Source: Ylistrum balloti (Eukaryota). Taken from it: a stretch of 64,000 nt of DNA. Where the stretch lies: contig NW_026782224.1 in the NCBI RefSeq assembly GCF_031769215.1, positions 372,001 to 436,000 of the forward strand, read 5' to 3'. Position 1 is the stretch's first letter. Each line of letters starts with the position of its first letter. Both the position numbers and the translations under genes were made by a program. The notes under the pieces were generated by a model, which had not been told where the DNA came from, searched no databases, and saw only the letters and a program-made list of their open reading frames with translations. Of the stretch, positions 14,971 through 29,101 are shown piece by piece.

Positions 14971-14984
14971 GTCATCGAAACGTC
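14951..14984 (+). ncRNA. Minimal type I hammerhead ribozyme-like motif (Penelope/newt-satellite type)
   Basis: CTGATGA-A-[GGTGAC cgtgta GTCATC]-GAAA-C-GTC: intact core, 6-bp stem II with one G-U pair, and palindromic ACGT minimal stem III. Stem I is poorly paired in this copy. Confidence 0.55.
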
Positions 14985-17769
14985 ATACTCTGATCTTCTA
15001 ATGGTTGTGTTATAAGAACTTCTATTCTATTGACATTACCAACCTGAAGAAAATGTTCCAAAATATTTTTAATCTGGACGTCACGTCAGTGCTTTGCACT
15101 TCGTCTCCGATAAAAAGCATTTCGATGATACAGCGAACAAAACAATTTTGAATTTGTAAAATAAAAATGTGATGACGTTTTGAATTATATCAGAAATGTA
15201 ACTACAAGCATTGAACGTCGGTCTGATTGCATTTATTACCAACATGAATGCAATCTGGGTGACAAATACATGATCCTGACTGCCGTTACGATGTCCCACT
15301 AACCAGGCATCCAGATTGCATTCATACTGACAATAATTCGTCACAAAATGTTTCAAGCTGTGCTTTCTGTTGCACTTTTTTTTATCGCATACATTCATAT
15401 CAACGCCCCGACAAACCTAGAAGATAGAGACGAAACTGACCGTAACACATACCAACTATAGCCATTTTACTCAATCTTATGATGATGAACGTGTACGAGT
15501 ACAGAGCAGAATGCTGTTATATTGCTTTTATACAATTAACTCGAAATGCGTGTTATCGGTTTTGATCAATGTTATCAGGAAAAGTGTCCAAATGAAATAA
15601 AAATCGTGAATTTCGCCAAATACCTTGATACAGAATACTCACGTTTTCAATACGGTGTAGTGATACAGTGATTAATTATATAACTATTTATTGTGATAAA
15701 CATAAAAAGAAAACTGAAGAAACGAAATGAGGAATTTGTAGTTAATGCAATACAGAACCAATATATATATATCAATCGATAATCAATACGTAAAACATAG
15801 TATTTTGTACCATTGACTATGTATATATGTCTGTGAGGTTTTGAATTTAATTATACAGCTGGCTAGTTTTAACACTGTTTTACAAATTCATCATTACGGT
15901 TACTGAAATAGGACTTATGTTCCGTAAAGAGAACACGTGACCATAACAAATTCCTTTAAATCGTCGTACACTAGGTATTGCATAACGGAGTACTTCGTGA
16001 TACGTAAACATATCTCTTATTAGGAAGAATGTTTTAGCGCGTTACTTGTTGGAAGGGAGATAACAATGACAGACCAACTGACAATTATGCAACAGGATTC
16101 ATTTCCAAAGGTAAGCTAACGATTTCTTACGCAGATATGATAACCATAATATTGTGATTGGTTTCTTCACTACATGAAGAGAAAACAATTCACAATTGAA
16201 CTTTTTGAAAAAGCCAAAATTTGTACGGGCTGGTTTGAGTTTCACGCAGGACACTTGATTTTCCAACTTACTGGTACAATTGATACCTGTCGTTAGAGAC
16301 AATTATTCCAAACTGTGATTCAGCAAATTATGTCGTAAATTGAGACAACTGAAATTCTTACTGTGATATAATAACGATTATTAAGTATCATCAACAACTC
16401 CTCTTCCTGAAGTGAACCTTACACAAACGACTTTCAACAATTAAATGATATACCTGTGGAAGAATACATATTAAAGTGGACATATGGGTTGTTTGATTAC
16501 ATTGTAGTTATATACTTACATTCATACATTAATCAGTTTTCGAGAGGACAACATTTTTAAGCATGAGATCAAATTTATCGTGTAGAGGAACTTCACTAAA
16601 GAGATAAGTCACATGTAAAGATAGGAATACGCTACAAGGCCATCATCTGAGGGATATGTTCATACAATAAGCACTCTGGCGCGATCACATGATTGTGGTT
16701 ATAATACAAAATGTTACTATAATTCACTCAGCTTTAACTAAAAACTAGTTGATTACAGAAAGTTCTTCAAATTTGCACATGTAAAGAAAATTCTAAACAT
16801 GTGAATCTTCTGCCAATTTTCTGTCATATTATCTAAAGATTGTTGAACATTTTCATTAATACATTCTCTATCCTGTAACATTCACAAGTTATATTCGTAC
16901 TGCAATGTGAAGGGAAATACACTGCTACCACAGCTGTAACTGCAAAATGATCCTGACAAACTAGAATGTACGTGGCTGTGTAAATATATTTTGTTTACAT
17001 TTTATGTGAGGTACCTATTCCATTTGCTCAAAAGCACTGTATTAATAATATATAGGAACAAGAGTCAAAATACATGTTCGCTGGCGATTTCATAAATAAT
17101 ACAGATTAACTTATATGCGTTGTATACGTTTCCGAATAAATGATAATTTTTGATAAAGTCATTTTACACATGGTACTATATATCACCGGTACATATGACA
17201 TCAAGTCAACACAATTAGGTTTCCTTTACTTTTGTTAGCCGAGCGGCAATCTTCAGGCGCAGGTTTAATGTCTTAGTCATAGCGTTGTGACAGAACACAA
17301 TTGTGATTTTACAAGAAAATACTATCGTTATCAGTGGTATAGCGAACTATTTTTTTATGTGTGAAGCTCACGTCAACCTGTCCGGTTCGTATAATCTTTT
17401 TGTAGAAGTCGTATCCGTCATCTCACAGAAAAAGTTATACCAAAACAACCTCCTGCAACAAGTATCAACGCGTGCACTTTTCTCGTGTCTGGATACCTCT
17501 TGTGGACTCGTACTCCCCACGAGAATGAATTTCTCGTATGACTGATTTTTATCCAGCAATGTGCTACGTGATAACAGTGCTGAAACTAGAATATTAACAG
17601 CAACCATATGAAGAGGGTTATGTTGACTTTATATTTCCGCACATGTCCATGACAATATAAGTCTTCAAGAGCATGCAAAATGTTAACATTATGAATATAT
17701 TTTGTTTCCACGAATTCGTTTATTTTAGGTCACAATAAAGTTTTGTATCGAAAGTAAAACTTATCAATC

Positions 17770-20700
17770 TTAGTCTTCCGTAAACGGCTGAACAATGCCT
17801 TTACAGAGCAATGGGCCACCTTTGTGAAGAAACAATGCCGGCCACACTTGATACTTAACCCGCTTTCCTCTCTGTGTGTAGTTTTTGTAGAAATCCACGT
17901 TGATGTCACTGCCTTCTTCCATATCTGCATCAATGTGCATCGGGGGCTTCTTGATCCTCATCCACCAACACAAATTGACGCAGATTCTAGCGAACTTTGT
18001 GGTTTTCTCTAGTGATGAGAATGGGACCTGGTATTCTGACTCTTCCGCAGTGTTGGCTTGTTGGATGGTGTCCTGATTTGGTATAGTCTGTGAGGGTCCA
18101 AGATCAAATCGTTTGTGGTTTCCCTCGGAGGCGGCTTCGTCCTGTTTGTTAGCAGACTCACTATCACCTTCTCCAGATCTAGGCAAATTTTGGTCGCTTT
18201 TAATATGACCTCCAAGTTGTTTGAACAGATTCGTGAACCGCTTCTCCATCGAAGACAGGAATTTCTAGGATGAGTGAAAACTACAGTTAGACGTTTGTAG
18301 GACATGCATCAACACCTCTGATATCGTGAATGAAGACAAAGCCAAACAAATTTCTTTTTAAATCAATAAAGCGGACAGTGTAAAGGTTTAAAGGCATTTC
18401 ATGGCATATCAAGCAAAAGAATAGTGCATATTACCGAAATGAATTATCAACCATCCTACAGAATTGAAAGGAAAGAAAAGTCAAAGCACGAAATCTAATT
18501 TCTTATATATTTGACATGTATTTGAAAAAGACAAGATATATTAGGGTTAACACTATATGGATCAGTCATGTCTTCCTGCAAAGCATCGAGTTGAAGATTG
18601 CATACTTACAGATTCGACAGCTGTTATCAGCGTAGGGACGCATGTCTTCTTAAGATCGTCAAATTGTGTCATCTGTTCTTGTGTTAGAGTTTTCCTGATG
18701 TCTTTCTGTTTACATAAATTGAAACCATAATTATTGATACGATTGTAATTGAGAAAGATTGAAAATAATAAATATTTTTAAGAAGGGATCGAGTAATAGT
18801 CGATTGGAAGTGAATGACATTCAGATTAAATTTAATACTAAAGGAGATCTTATTGTCTAAACAGTGCAAATCTACTTTTTGTTTGGACAAGCAAAAATGT
18901 ACAAGTTGACATATTCAGTCACTGAAACATTTTAAAGTTTATTGGTAGAATATTTCTAAGCGAAGTTAAGTGTCTGTAGTGAAAGATAAACATTTTGATC
19001 TGAAAGCGTACCTACGTACATGTACAAAATAACATACTTTTAAAGCTTTATTAATTTTGCACTGCTATACATTTGTACTGAAAGAGCTACTTATAACGGC
19101 TATGTCTACAACAATGAATATACGTGTCTAGTACCTGTTCTTGTTCGGCACTCTCTGGATCCGGACTTGGCAAACATATCAGTGACTGTGTGATCGTTTC
19201 TTCATATCTCGCCTCGGTTTCACAACAAAACGTGAATGCCTCCTGTAACGTATTTATAACCATGATTCATTAGATATCACAATCATGACACAGTCAAAAT
19301 CTACGTCACTTTGACGGTTCGTGGGGTCCACACATCAACTGTATTACAAGCGCACCTATTATGATGAGTATAGCTACCTGTTATTGAGTAGAGGTGTTCA
19401 TTGGATTATTTACACTGTAGTGAGTGCATGAATAACTGACAAACCATCAGAAATGCATTTGTATTTTTTGTACATTCTTTTTTCTCGACTGTGAGGAACC
19501 ATATGGATATACATATATCAATATGTATATTTATTTCCTAAAATAAAATCCACTGAGTTTATACTGCTAGACACACATACTTTACATGTATAATGGAAGT
19601 AAAGAATTGAAAATGTTCCCTTTATTAACATTCTTGTTCCGACACCCTACTTTTTTTCTGATTAGAAAGTCTGAGTGTAATGGGTCTACAAACAAAATGA
19701 TATTTATGAGTACTTGTGTGTCAGAAAGGTCATGACTTGATACATTCGATCGCATTAACTCGCCATGGAAAAAGTGACAATGTCGCTATTTCATTGCAAC
19801 TGATGTATGGATGGATTTGAATAAATTAATCTAATATTGTAATACATACAATGAGAATAGCCCGGAGGGTTCTGATGAAGACCCCTTCAACGCCATGGAC
19901 AACACTGGTTTCATCTGTTAATTCTTCTAACGCATCCGTCCATTCGTTGTCATACAGCTCGGAATACCTCTCTGATAGCTTTGTAGGGCGGTTAGAATCA
20001 CTGAGGTCTGTAATGGCGGGGTTGCCATGAACCAATTTATTTCCTGCTAGTTTACTTAATCTGAAAAAAAGATCTCAATTATACATCATGTATTATCATT
20101 GTCATTCTACCTCACAATGCCGGGTTCTGATGTATCCTGTGTAGCTGTTGGACAATTTGTAGCCTCTCAATCACTCTATGTACACGTGTCACGTTTGGAT
20201 GAAACTTTATACCAGGATCAACTTATTCTTTATCCTACTAACAACCTTACCACCACATGTTTGGTTTGTCATAGCGCAAGATATATGGTTCGGAACTGTG
20301 TCCATGACAAACCACAATGTATATATTTGATGTTAGCTTTACACAAAACCCGATACCTCTAGCCGCCGTACTAACACATAATGTGTCAAAACTATAACCC
20401 TGCCATGTATAAAAGCTCATTGGCTGTTCAGTTCGGCAAGCACACCGAATCTATGATATCATGAATTATATAAATGATCGCTGTATACAATCAGATGAAC
20501 GTTTCAACATATTCAAACACTCAATACCAACAGAGTAAATAATTATTAATCATACATGACGGTCTGACAATAAAGTCTAAACACTAAACCATCCTCTCCG
20601 GACATATCTACCTTTACAACTTCAAAATATTTTATTTGTTTTGAATTCCTAGACTAATATTACACTACAGTTAACCAACAAGATCTCATACGCAATTACC

Positions 20701-23700
20701 CTCAATGTTTAGCTCTAACGACTTAAGAGCAGATTAACTAGAGACATTGTACGTCAATGGTACTGCACAATGTAATGGTACTATGTTCAAATTGTACAAC
20801 AGGCCGTTGACGGCACCGGACAAAAAGACAAAAAAGTCATTCTCGTCCACCGGGAAGCTCGTAGTAAGATGCAATTGATTGAATATGCCAAATACCAAAA
20901 AAATGTTGAGAAAGTGTATGCATGTATGCATTGTAAACGGGAACTGCGTGAGCTTGGTGTTAGTTCTCAAGCAACACAGGGTGTATAAAAAGTTGTTGGA
21001 AGAAACTGCTTAGTATACACAATCCATACCGTGTAAGTAAGATTTCTTTCTCCGCCTTCAAGTCTTTCATTGTTTTTCTCGTCTCCATTAAGGCTTCTTG
21101 TAGTTTGTCAATTTGTTGTTTCTGTCGTTGACAATGCTCTCGCAATTGTTCTTCATAATCTCGATTTACGTATGGTGTCGCCCGATCAAGCAGTTCAGTC
21201 AGTTTTGCATTTTGTCTGCAAAAGTATATCAGATTTGTGGTGTTTAATATCTTTCGTATCCTAGGAAACCACTCAGTTATGATCAGAATACATTAAGTGC
21301 TTATATTGAGGACATACAATATGATGATTATCATCATTTCATGAAACGTAATCTCTACTAAGTGTTTGCGATGTAAATATATTCGTACTGTTGTGTCCTA
21401 AGGTCCTTTTCATGCCAGCGTAACTCCTTGTCATAGAACTCTGTTTGCATCTGTGCCATCTTGCTGAAAATAGGAGAATAACAGGATAATCAATGGAACT
21501 GATGATGCACGAAATTTAACTGATATTCTGAGATAGTTTGTTCCCGACCATCTTCTTTGACAAATAACACCCTACCTGTAACATAATATGAAAGTGTTAA
21601 GATACGTCTCTTGATTTTAAATAAGACTCACCTCTGTAGTTGAACAACCATTGCTTCTAACTCCGAAACGTGTGCTTTGATACCACTGGAAAAAGATTGC
21701 CATAGATAATGTTCATTAGGAACAACTGAGTGTAGTTATATCAAGTATTTAGGGATGCATTACCCTGTAGAATAGACATGTTATCAGTTACATTTACTCA
21801 AAGGTTTTCCAGGAACGTATCGCTAATGACTTAACTGTTTATGTAGTAAACGCTGATATCATTGTCCTCATACTGGATACCGTATTTAACATTTGATATG
21901 ATTGTCCCCATACTGTAGGCCGCACTTTACATTTGATATGATTGTCCCCATACTGGAGGCCGCACTTTACATTTGATATGATTGTCCCCATACTGTAGGC
22001 CGCACTTTACATTTGATATGATTGTCCCCATACTGGAGGCCGCACTTTACATTTGATATGATTGTCCCCATACTGTAGGCCGCACTTTACATTTGATATG
22101 ATTGCCCCCATACTGTAGGCCGCACTTTACATTTGATATGATTGCCCCCATACTGTAGGCCGCACTTTACATTTGATATGATTGTCCCCATACTGTAGGC
22201 CGCACTTTACATTTGATATGATTGCCCCCATACTGTAGGCCGTACTTTACATTTGATATGATTGTCCCCATACTGGAGGCCGCACTTTACATTTGATATG
22301 ATTGTCCCCATACTGTAGGCGGAACTTTACATTTGATATGATTGTCCCCATACTGTAGGCCGCACTTTACATTTGATATGATTGTCCCCATACTGTAGGC
22401 CGTACTTACATTTGATATGATTGTCCCCATACTGTAGGCCGCACTTTACATTTGATATGATTGTCCCCATACTGTAGGCCGCACTTTACATTTGATATGA
22501 TTGTCCCCATACTGTAGGCCGTACTTTACATTTGATATGATTGTCCCCATACTGTAGGCCGCACTTTACATTTGATGTTTTTGTCCCCATACTGTAGGCC
22601 GCACTTTACATTTGATGTTTTTGTCCCCATACTGTAAGCCGTACTTTACATTTGATATGATTGTCCCCATACTGTAGGCCGTACTTTACATTTGATATGA
22701 TTGTCCCCATACTGGAGGCCGTACTTTACATTTGATATGATTGTCCCCATACTGTAGGCCGCACTTTACATTTGATATGATTGTCCCCATACTGTAGGCC
22801 GCACTTTACATTTGATATGATTGTCCCCATACTGTAGGCCGTACTTTACATTTGATATGATTGTCCCCATACTGTAGGCCGTACTTTACATTTGATATGA
22901 TTGTCCCCATACTGTAGGCCGCACTTTACATTTGATATGATTGTCCCCATACTGTAGGCCGTACTTTACATTTGATATGATTGTCCCCATACTGTAGGCC
23001 GTACTTTACATTTGATGTTTTTGTCCCCATACTGTAGGCCGCACTTTACATTTGATGTTTTTGTCCCCATACTGTAAGCCGTACTTTACATTTGATATGA
23101 TTGTCCCCATACTGTAGGCCGTACTTTACATTTGATATGATTGTCCCCATACTGGAGGCCGTACTTTACATTTGATATGATTGTCCCCATACTGTAGGCC
23201 GCACTTTACATTTGATATGATTGTCCCCATACTGTAGGCCGTACTTTACATTTGATATGATTGTCCCCATACTGGAGGCCGTACTTTACATTTGATATCA
23301 ATGTCGTCTGTATATTTGTGTCGGTAAATCACTTTTAGGTCATAAGTTTGTTAATCTAGCAATTACCAGTGTAACCAGCATACGATGGATCACTGTTTTG
23401 TAAAACAATGAAAAGATGTTGTGACTTACTGCTCTCTTGATTCTCTTTGTGCCCTTAACATTCCAACCAATTCACCATACTTTTGATGTAAAGCACTGCA
23501 TCCGTCGACAATATTCTTCGACATCCTGGTTCAATATATAAGTATTAGAATACGGTTTTCTGCAGAAAATGCATTTATATTGAATAGTCAATGAAAGTTA
23601 ATATTGTTACATCGATCAAGATTATATCAGTTTCAAAACATAACGCAGTGTTGTATCTAATGCGGTTACGTATAAGCACTTATAAATACCACTATATCAG

Positions 23701-24489
23701 ATAACAAGATGTAGCCGGTGTCTGATTTTCCAATGTATCCAACAAAATCCGATAGTTGAGCTATACTTTTATAGATAGTTCGGTTAGTCCAGTTCCATTA
23801 TAATTATTATAATCTTCGTCCTCGAAATAACTGATGGTGAACGACCGAAATATCTAATGACAAGGTACCTCTAATCAAGAAGGTATATTCTCTCAAATTG
23901 ATTCAGGAAAAACGAAAGAATATCATATTAGTGTATTTTCAGCCAAAACTTCTTGTCTGAATACTCCTCTATCATAGGGTTTCTCTAAAGCGTTCTATAA
24001 TTTGTTATGCTACCCTGACCTTTACCAAGAGCACGCGCACTGCGTCTTATTATCCCTCGTGATATCGTTTTCTCTGTGCACTTTTTCAGACGGATGGATG
24101 TACTAATTAAAGCATGAATAACCGCTTTTATATATAAAGTATTAATTGTAGATATGATTATTCCGTTAACACAACATCCTATAGATTAACCACTCAAATT
24201 TATTTACTACCGGTGTTAAAGTGTAGGTAGATAAAACTAAGTTCCATTATAAATCAGGAAACCATTTTAGATATCAGACAATCACATACCGTGGCCTTTC
24301 GTCTTTTTTTGATGATTCCCATTCATGTGCTGCATCTTCCGTAACTTTCTTTTCAGTATTCCTGGCATACATGTCGATGTATACGTAGCTGAACTTGTTA
24401 TACCAGGTCTCTTCCTGTGTGAAATCCACTTCAGCAACCTGGTTCCTATCACAATAGTAACGATAGTGACAGAATGACGAAAAATGGAA

Positions 24490-24550
<61 letters not shown>

Positions 24551-27500
24551 GTATCATATATTGAAATCATTTCATATCTTACCTGCTAATGTCGTTGTTG
24601 ATATCTGTAAGTTTGTTTACTATTCTCTCCAGTCTTACCTGCTAATGTCGTTGTTGATATCTGTAAGTTTGTTTACTATTCTCTCCAGTCTTTCCTGCTA
24701 ATGTCGTTGTTGATATCTGTAAGTTTGTTTACTATTCTCTCCAGTCTTACCTGCTAATGTCGTTGTTGATATCTGTAAGTTTGTTTACTATTCTCTCCAG
24801 TCCAGTACATCTGTTGTACATCCTGACAAAGTTTCTTTAAAAAAATGAAGTAAGGAAATATTAGTTTCTACATTAAAAAAAGTAACTTCCCATTATGATT
24901 ATGCTAACATGTTGTTATGTATTTTTTTTATCCAAATAAAAAGAAATAAAGCAGGAAGGACTCGTAATAATGGTCAAAATTCTAGCTGACCAGACATCCG
25001 TCACGTGTAAAATGCCCCAACAAACTATTGATATACTTATGGGAACAGAGTGCGATCCCCTTTTGGCTGACGTTTTAGTTTCACACGAGAGATCATTCAT
25101 CAAAGAACTTATCAAAACAGGTAACAAAGACCGTCAATTGCACTTTCAGATATATTGATAACGTCTTATCTTTCGATGGCAAAAGATGTATAAACCATGC
25201 CCATCGTACATACCAACCAAAACACATAAAAAATATCAACATGTCACTATAATCAAAATTCAGATTCAATAAAACTAGGGCAAAATATGAAAGATTTACA
25301 CGGTAAAAACACAAGGAAACCAAACATGGACAGCTTCTTATCAAGCTGTATAATATGCGTGGGAATTTCAATTTTCCTACTGTGAATATTCCTTTCCTGG
25401 ATGTAAACATCCCTTTACTTCCAACCTATGGTATTTTGATTCCATTAGTAATTCATAGATATCTAAAATATTATTGTTATACGAAAGACAGTGTCAATTT
25501 CTCTTTTTATCCTTTTTAGCATTAAACAATACTTTCTTCGTTCAATAGAAAAGAAGAATGGCATATACATGTATATGTGTTCTTCAACTTCAAAGCGAAT
25601 TTCATACAATATCAAATGAAGTTGAAATAAAAACAAATATAACATTTTTGCCAATGAAATCAAGCGAATTATACCACGAATAAAAGAGTTACAAGACGCT
25701 TTTGTAGACTTGCACAAATGAAAAAAAATGAGAACAGAAACAAATAATAAAACCTGATAAAAAAAAGTAAACATAATGGGGTTATTTACTGGTGACACGG
25801 CATGTATTTCCATGATTAACATAAATTTCCTTTAAAGTCAGCAAGCCATGTAACTCAAATGATCTTACCAAGGACCAACCCAATCCCCAAACGAACATCT
25901 CGAGAGTGGACCTAGACATTACAGGAGGATCTATGTCAACAACAGTGACAGCTAGGTTGCCGCCATATTTTCAGCCGCGTAATCATTTGTGATAGTTCAA
26001 ACTCTGACCGTTTTAGAGCAAGTTTTGTCTAGTAGTGACATGAATAAGAGACATGTTCTTGGAGAATATAAACAGTTAAAATGAAGTAAACGGATTGCCC
26101 ACGAAAAGCTGGTCAGCTTCGTCCTTCTATATATGTACTTAATATACTTGTGATTTGACTTGTGAAAAAATAATGAAATAGGACTATTATTAGTGTCTAC
26201 AGCGATAACAAACATATTTCACTCTTGTGTCTATCATTTTTGTTTCTATCATGAGTGCTCATCAAGTAACTCTGCTGATTCATGATATGAGGGGAAAACC
26301 AAATCAAACGGAGCCAGCCTGACAGTTAGGCCAGTTTAAATTCAAGACGTAATGCAGTTTTCCATATTATGATATCAAAATCATTTATGACTGACCTAGC
26401 CTATGAAAACTGGCCTAGGGTATATGTCACTAGTGGTATATTCAATGGAGTACAGGCTAGTAAGGCGACAGAGAACAATATCAGTATGGCGTGGTTTGAA
26501 TTTTCTTTTGATAAATCGTGTTTAAACTATTTTCAGGACGAAGCTTGTACTTACTCTTTGCGTACTTCATTCATTTTTCCAATGTCCATCATTATCTTTT
26601 CGTTCATTGCCTTACAGCTTTTCTCAGTTTGTGCAATTATTCTGAAAACAAAATTAATATATTAATTATATTAAGAAAAAAAGGGATGTATGTACGTTAC
26701 ACTCGCGTATCGCAAAATATCAGTCAATATCAGAGGGACGAGACAACGGTGAAGTTTAATTCATTCTTGACGTCACTGTTGCTAATGTTATTGAGATGTC
26801 GTTGACACCAAATAAGTCTGATTAGATATGTCAACCACAGAAATGTTACCAACGCTTGTAAAAACAACTACTAAGCTGCATTGATGACTTAAATCTATAT
26901 TTCGGTTACGAAAAACATTAGACAGTCAATTAAAATTATATCAAAACATCGACAAAAAATCATAACCTAACTGTACGCTATTGATATGTATTTGCTCAAA
27001 TAATAAAACGACCCTTGGAAAAGTTTAAACAGGATCCCAGGGGTCGAATTTTGAAATTGGTATTAAACGCATTTATCTCAATTCCAAGTTTGAAATATTA
27101 CAACTAATACCATCAATGTACCGAGTATTTCGTTCCTGTTGCTGCGGTCTGTGGATTGCGTTTGGTTTGTAGGCTTTGATTTACTTACCGTCTGGTTTCC
27201 AGTGAATCATGATATTTTCCTTTCTTTGTCCATTCCTGCGGTATCGGAATTTCACCGGTGACATTCAACGTTTCAAGATATCCATCATTCCCAAAATGTT
27301 GTTCAATGTTTGAATATTCTGCTAAGCATGGGTAATTAGAGCTGGAAAATAAATATATATAATATCGAAGGGCAGACTCTCCAGGATGGTGTTTTAATCA
27401 AATTATACGTATATCACGCTAAATGTCAGTCAATAACATGTATATGTTTATAGTGTTTACAGTTCGGCAACAGAAAAGAAAGAAAGATTTATACGTAGAC

Positions 27501-28729
27501 ACCTGAAAAAGTACAAGGAGAATAAGACCAGGTTTTCCGGAAAGTAAGTGTCTTCTGCTTCATCACGATACCTGTCATGTAAACCTTGGTCAATCCAGGT
27601 AAGCAATATCGCGTTCTCAAATTAGAACAAAATATACAACAACGGAACCAACAGGCAAATTAACGAGCATCAAATATGTCTAGCACTAAGAAATAATTCT
27701 CAATGAGGTCACGTTTGCGACCATAAATCTTCTTAATAGTTTTCATCAACCTGCATCTTTGGAACCCATGTGTTATGAGTTTGACAGTCAGTTGATGACT
27801 TCTTGCACGAAAATCGTGATAATGGGAACAGGTCCTTCAAGATCGAATCAACCGTTACATTATATATCATTATATATATAGGTTGGATATGCGTGTATAT
27901 TGCTATCCAGAAAAGGAAAATTCACAATAGGGAAATTAAAATCATCACGTTTATCATACAGCTTGATGGAAAACTGTCCTTTTTGGTTTCGTTGTAGGAA
28001 AAGATCGAGATAAGCAGCTGATGTAGAAGATTCTGTCGTATCTTTGATTTCCAGTTCTGGTGGATATATACGATGGACGTTGTCAATAAATTTCTTTCCA
28101 TTTAAAGACAAGACGCCATCAATATAGCTTTGTGACCTGTTTTGATAAGCTCTTCAACAAATTCAACCTCGTATGAAAACAGAAACAAGTCAGCCAACAT
28201 AGGGGCGCAGTTGGTTCCCATAGGTATGTCAATAGTCTATTGGAATATCTTACTACTAAACTCTAAGAAGATGTTGTTGACCAAAAACTGTATATATATT
28301 ATGATTTCGTCCTCCGTATATTTCTTCTTTGATTTGGAAGTACGTTTTACGAAATACGCTTCACTAAAGTTAACAGCCATATATGTATACCGCCGTCCAC
28401 CTTTCTTGGAGACGAAAGCTCTCATAACAAGAGAATGAGGGTGTTCCTTCAGTTTAGAATGGGGTATGGTGGTGTTTAGGGTGGAAAATTAAATGTTCTT
28501 ATAGGAGAAATATTTTTTAGAAGAGAGTTTGTTGTAAGATATCGGACACTCTACATAATTTCGTACCAGTTTGTCTTAACGCAATTATTAGTACCACCAA
28601 ATGCTGTGTCATAATCTATATAAACATATATTTTCTTCTCTCACATACCTCAAACTTTCCATGTGTTTTGATAAAGTTTTGTTGACTGCAGTGAGAACTT
28701 TCCACCTTTGTATCAAAGATTCGGAATAT
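17770..28729 (-). CDS. MIEAP/SPATA18 C-terminal-domain coiled-coil protein, paralogue A (core exons)
   Basis: Exons in transcript order: 28729-28649, 27341-27189, 24822-24751, 24445-24290, 23525-23430, 21685-21632, 21463-21389, 21215-21030, 20060-19850, 19242-19135, 18705-18610, 18264-17770. All are GT-AG and in frame. Family motifs: NPAITDLSDSNRPTKLSERYSELYDNEWTDALE, CVNLCWWMRIKKPPM, FYKNYTQRGKRVKYQVWPALFLHKGGPLLCKGIVQ. Confidence 0.82.
21861..23298. repeat. 40-bp minisatellite, ~35 copies, intronic in gene A
   Basis: Unit tttacatttgatatgattgtccccatactgtaggccgcac. Confidence 0.97.
24491..24545. repeat. (TA)n microsatellite
   Basis: Run of ~27 TA units. Confidence 0.95.
24583..24801. repeat. 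56-bp tandem repeat (~4 copies) of an exon 3' end plus splice donor
   Basis: Units 24583-24638, 24639-24694, 24695-24750, plus the exonic copy 24751-24801. Confidence 0.92.
24950..25480 (+). mobile_element. Penelope-like element reverse transcriptase remnant
   Basis: QQTIDILMGTECDPLLADV..SHERSFIKELIKTG, then YIDNVLS and FPTVNIPFLDVNIP..PTYGI, with frameshifts and deletions. Confidence 0.75.
27500..28520 (-). mobile_element. Penelope-like element RT remnant plus 3' non-coding region
   Basis: FLVNNIFLEFSSKIFQ*TIDIPMGTNCAPMLADLFLFSYE and IYPPELEIKDTTESSTSAAYLDLFL..KLYDKRDDFNFPIVNFPFLDSNI, with stops and frameshifts. Confidence 0.85.
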
Positions 28730-29101
28730 CTGAAATAGAGTAATCATGCACGTTGCTAAGAATCAGTTAAAGAACTCAATTTATTCAACCTGTTTCATTT
28801 TTCGCCTCAAAGATACAAAATATCGGATTATGTTAATGCTGTGAATAGAAGCATAATGATTGGACAAAGCCAAAGATCACTGGCACTGCTACGGTGACGA
28901 TGATTTGCGTTTTCAGTAATAATAAAGGGTTTCGCTGAATTAATAATATTTTATATCAATATATATCATATGATATATTCAGAGCTTCATCTGACATATC
29001 ACGATTTCAATAAGTGATATATCACAGAACAAATTTCCGGGGTTTTCTTATCAATTGATCTTGTATAAAGACAAAATGAAAAAGTTATAAAATACAATTA
29101 C

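Larger units (their letters stand above)
14401..15029. mobile_element. MITE-like element with 37-bp terminal inverted repeats (outer TA may be the target-site duplication)
   Basis: 14401-14437 (tagaatagaagttcttattacacaaccaatagaagat) is the reverse complement of 14993-15029 with 2 mismatches. No coding capacity inside. Confidence 0.7.

Noticed and set aside
21861-23298. CRISPR-like appearance of this and the 30061, 14685 and 57173 arrays
   Set aside because: Head-to-tail repeats with no unique spacers, no cas genes, and a eukaryotic context.
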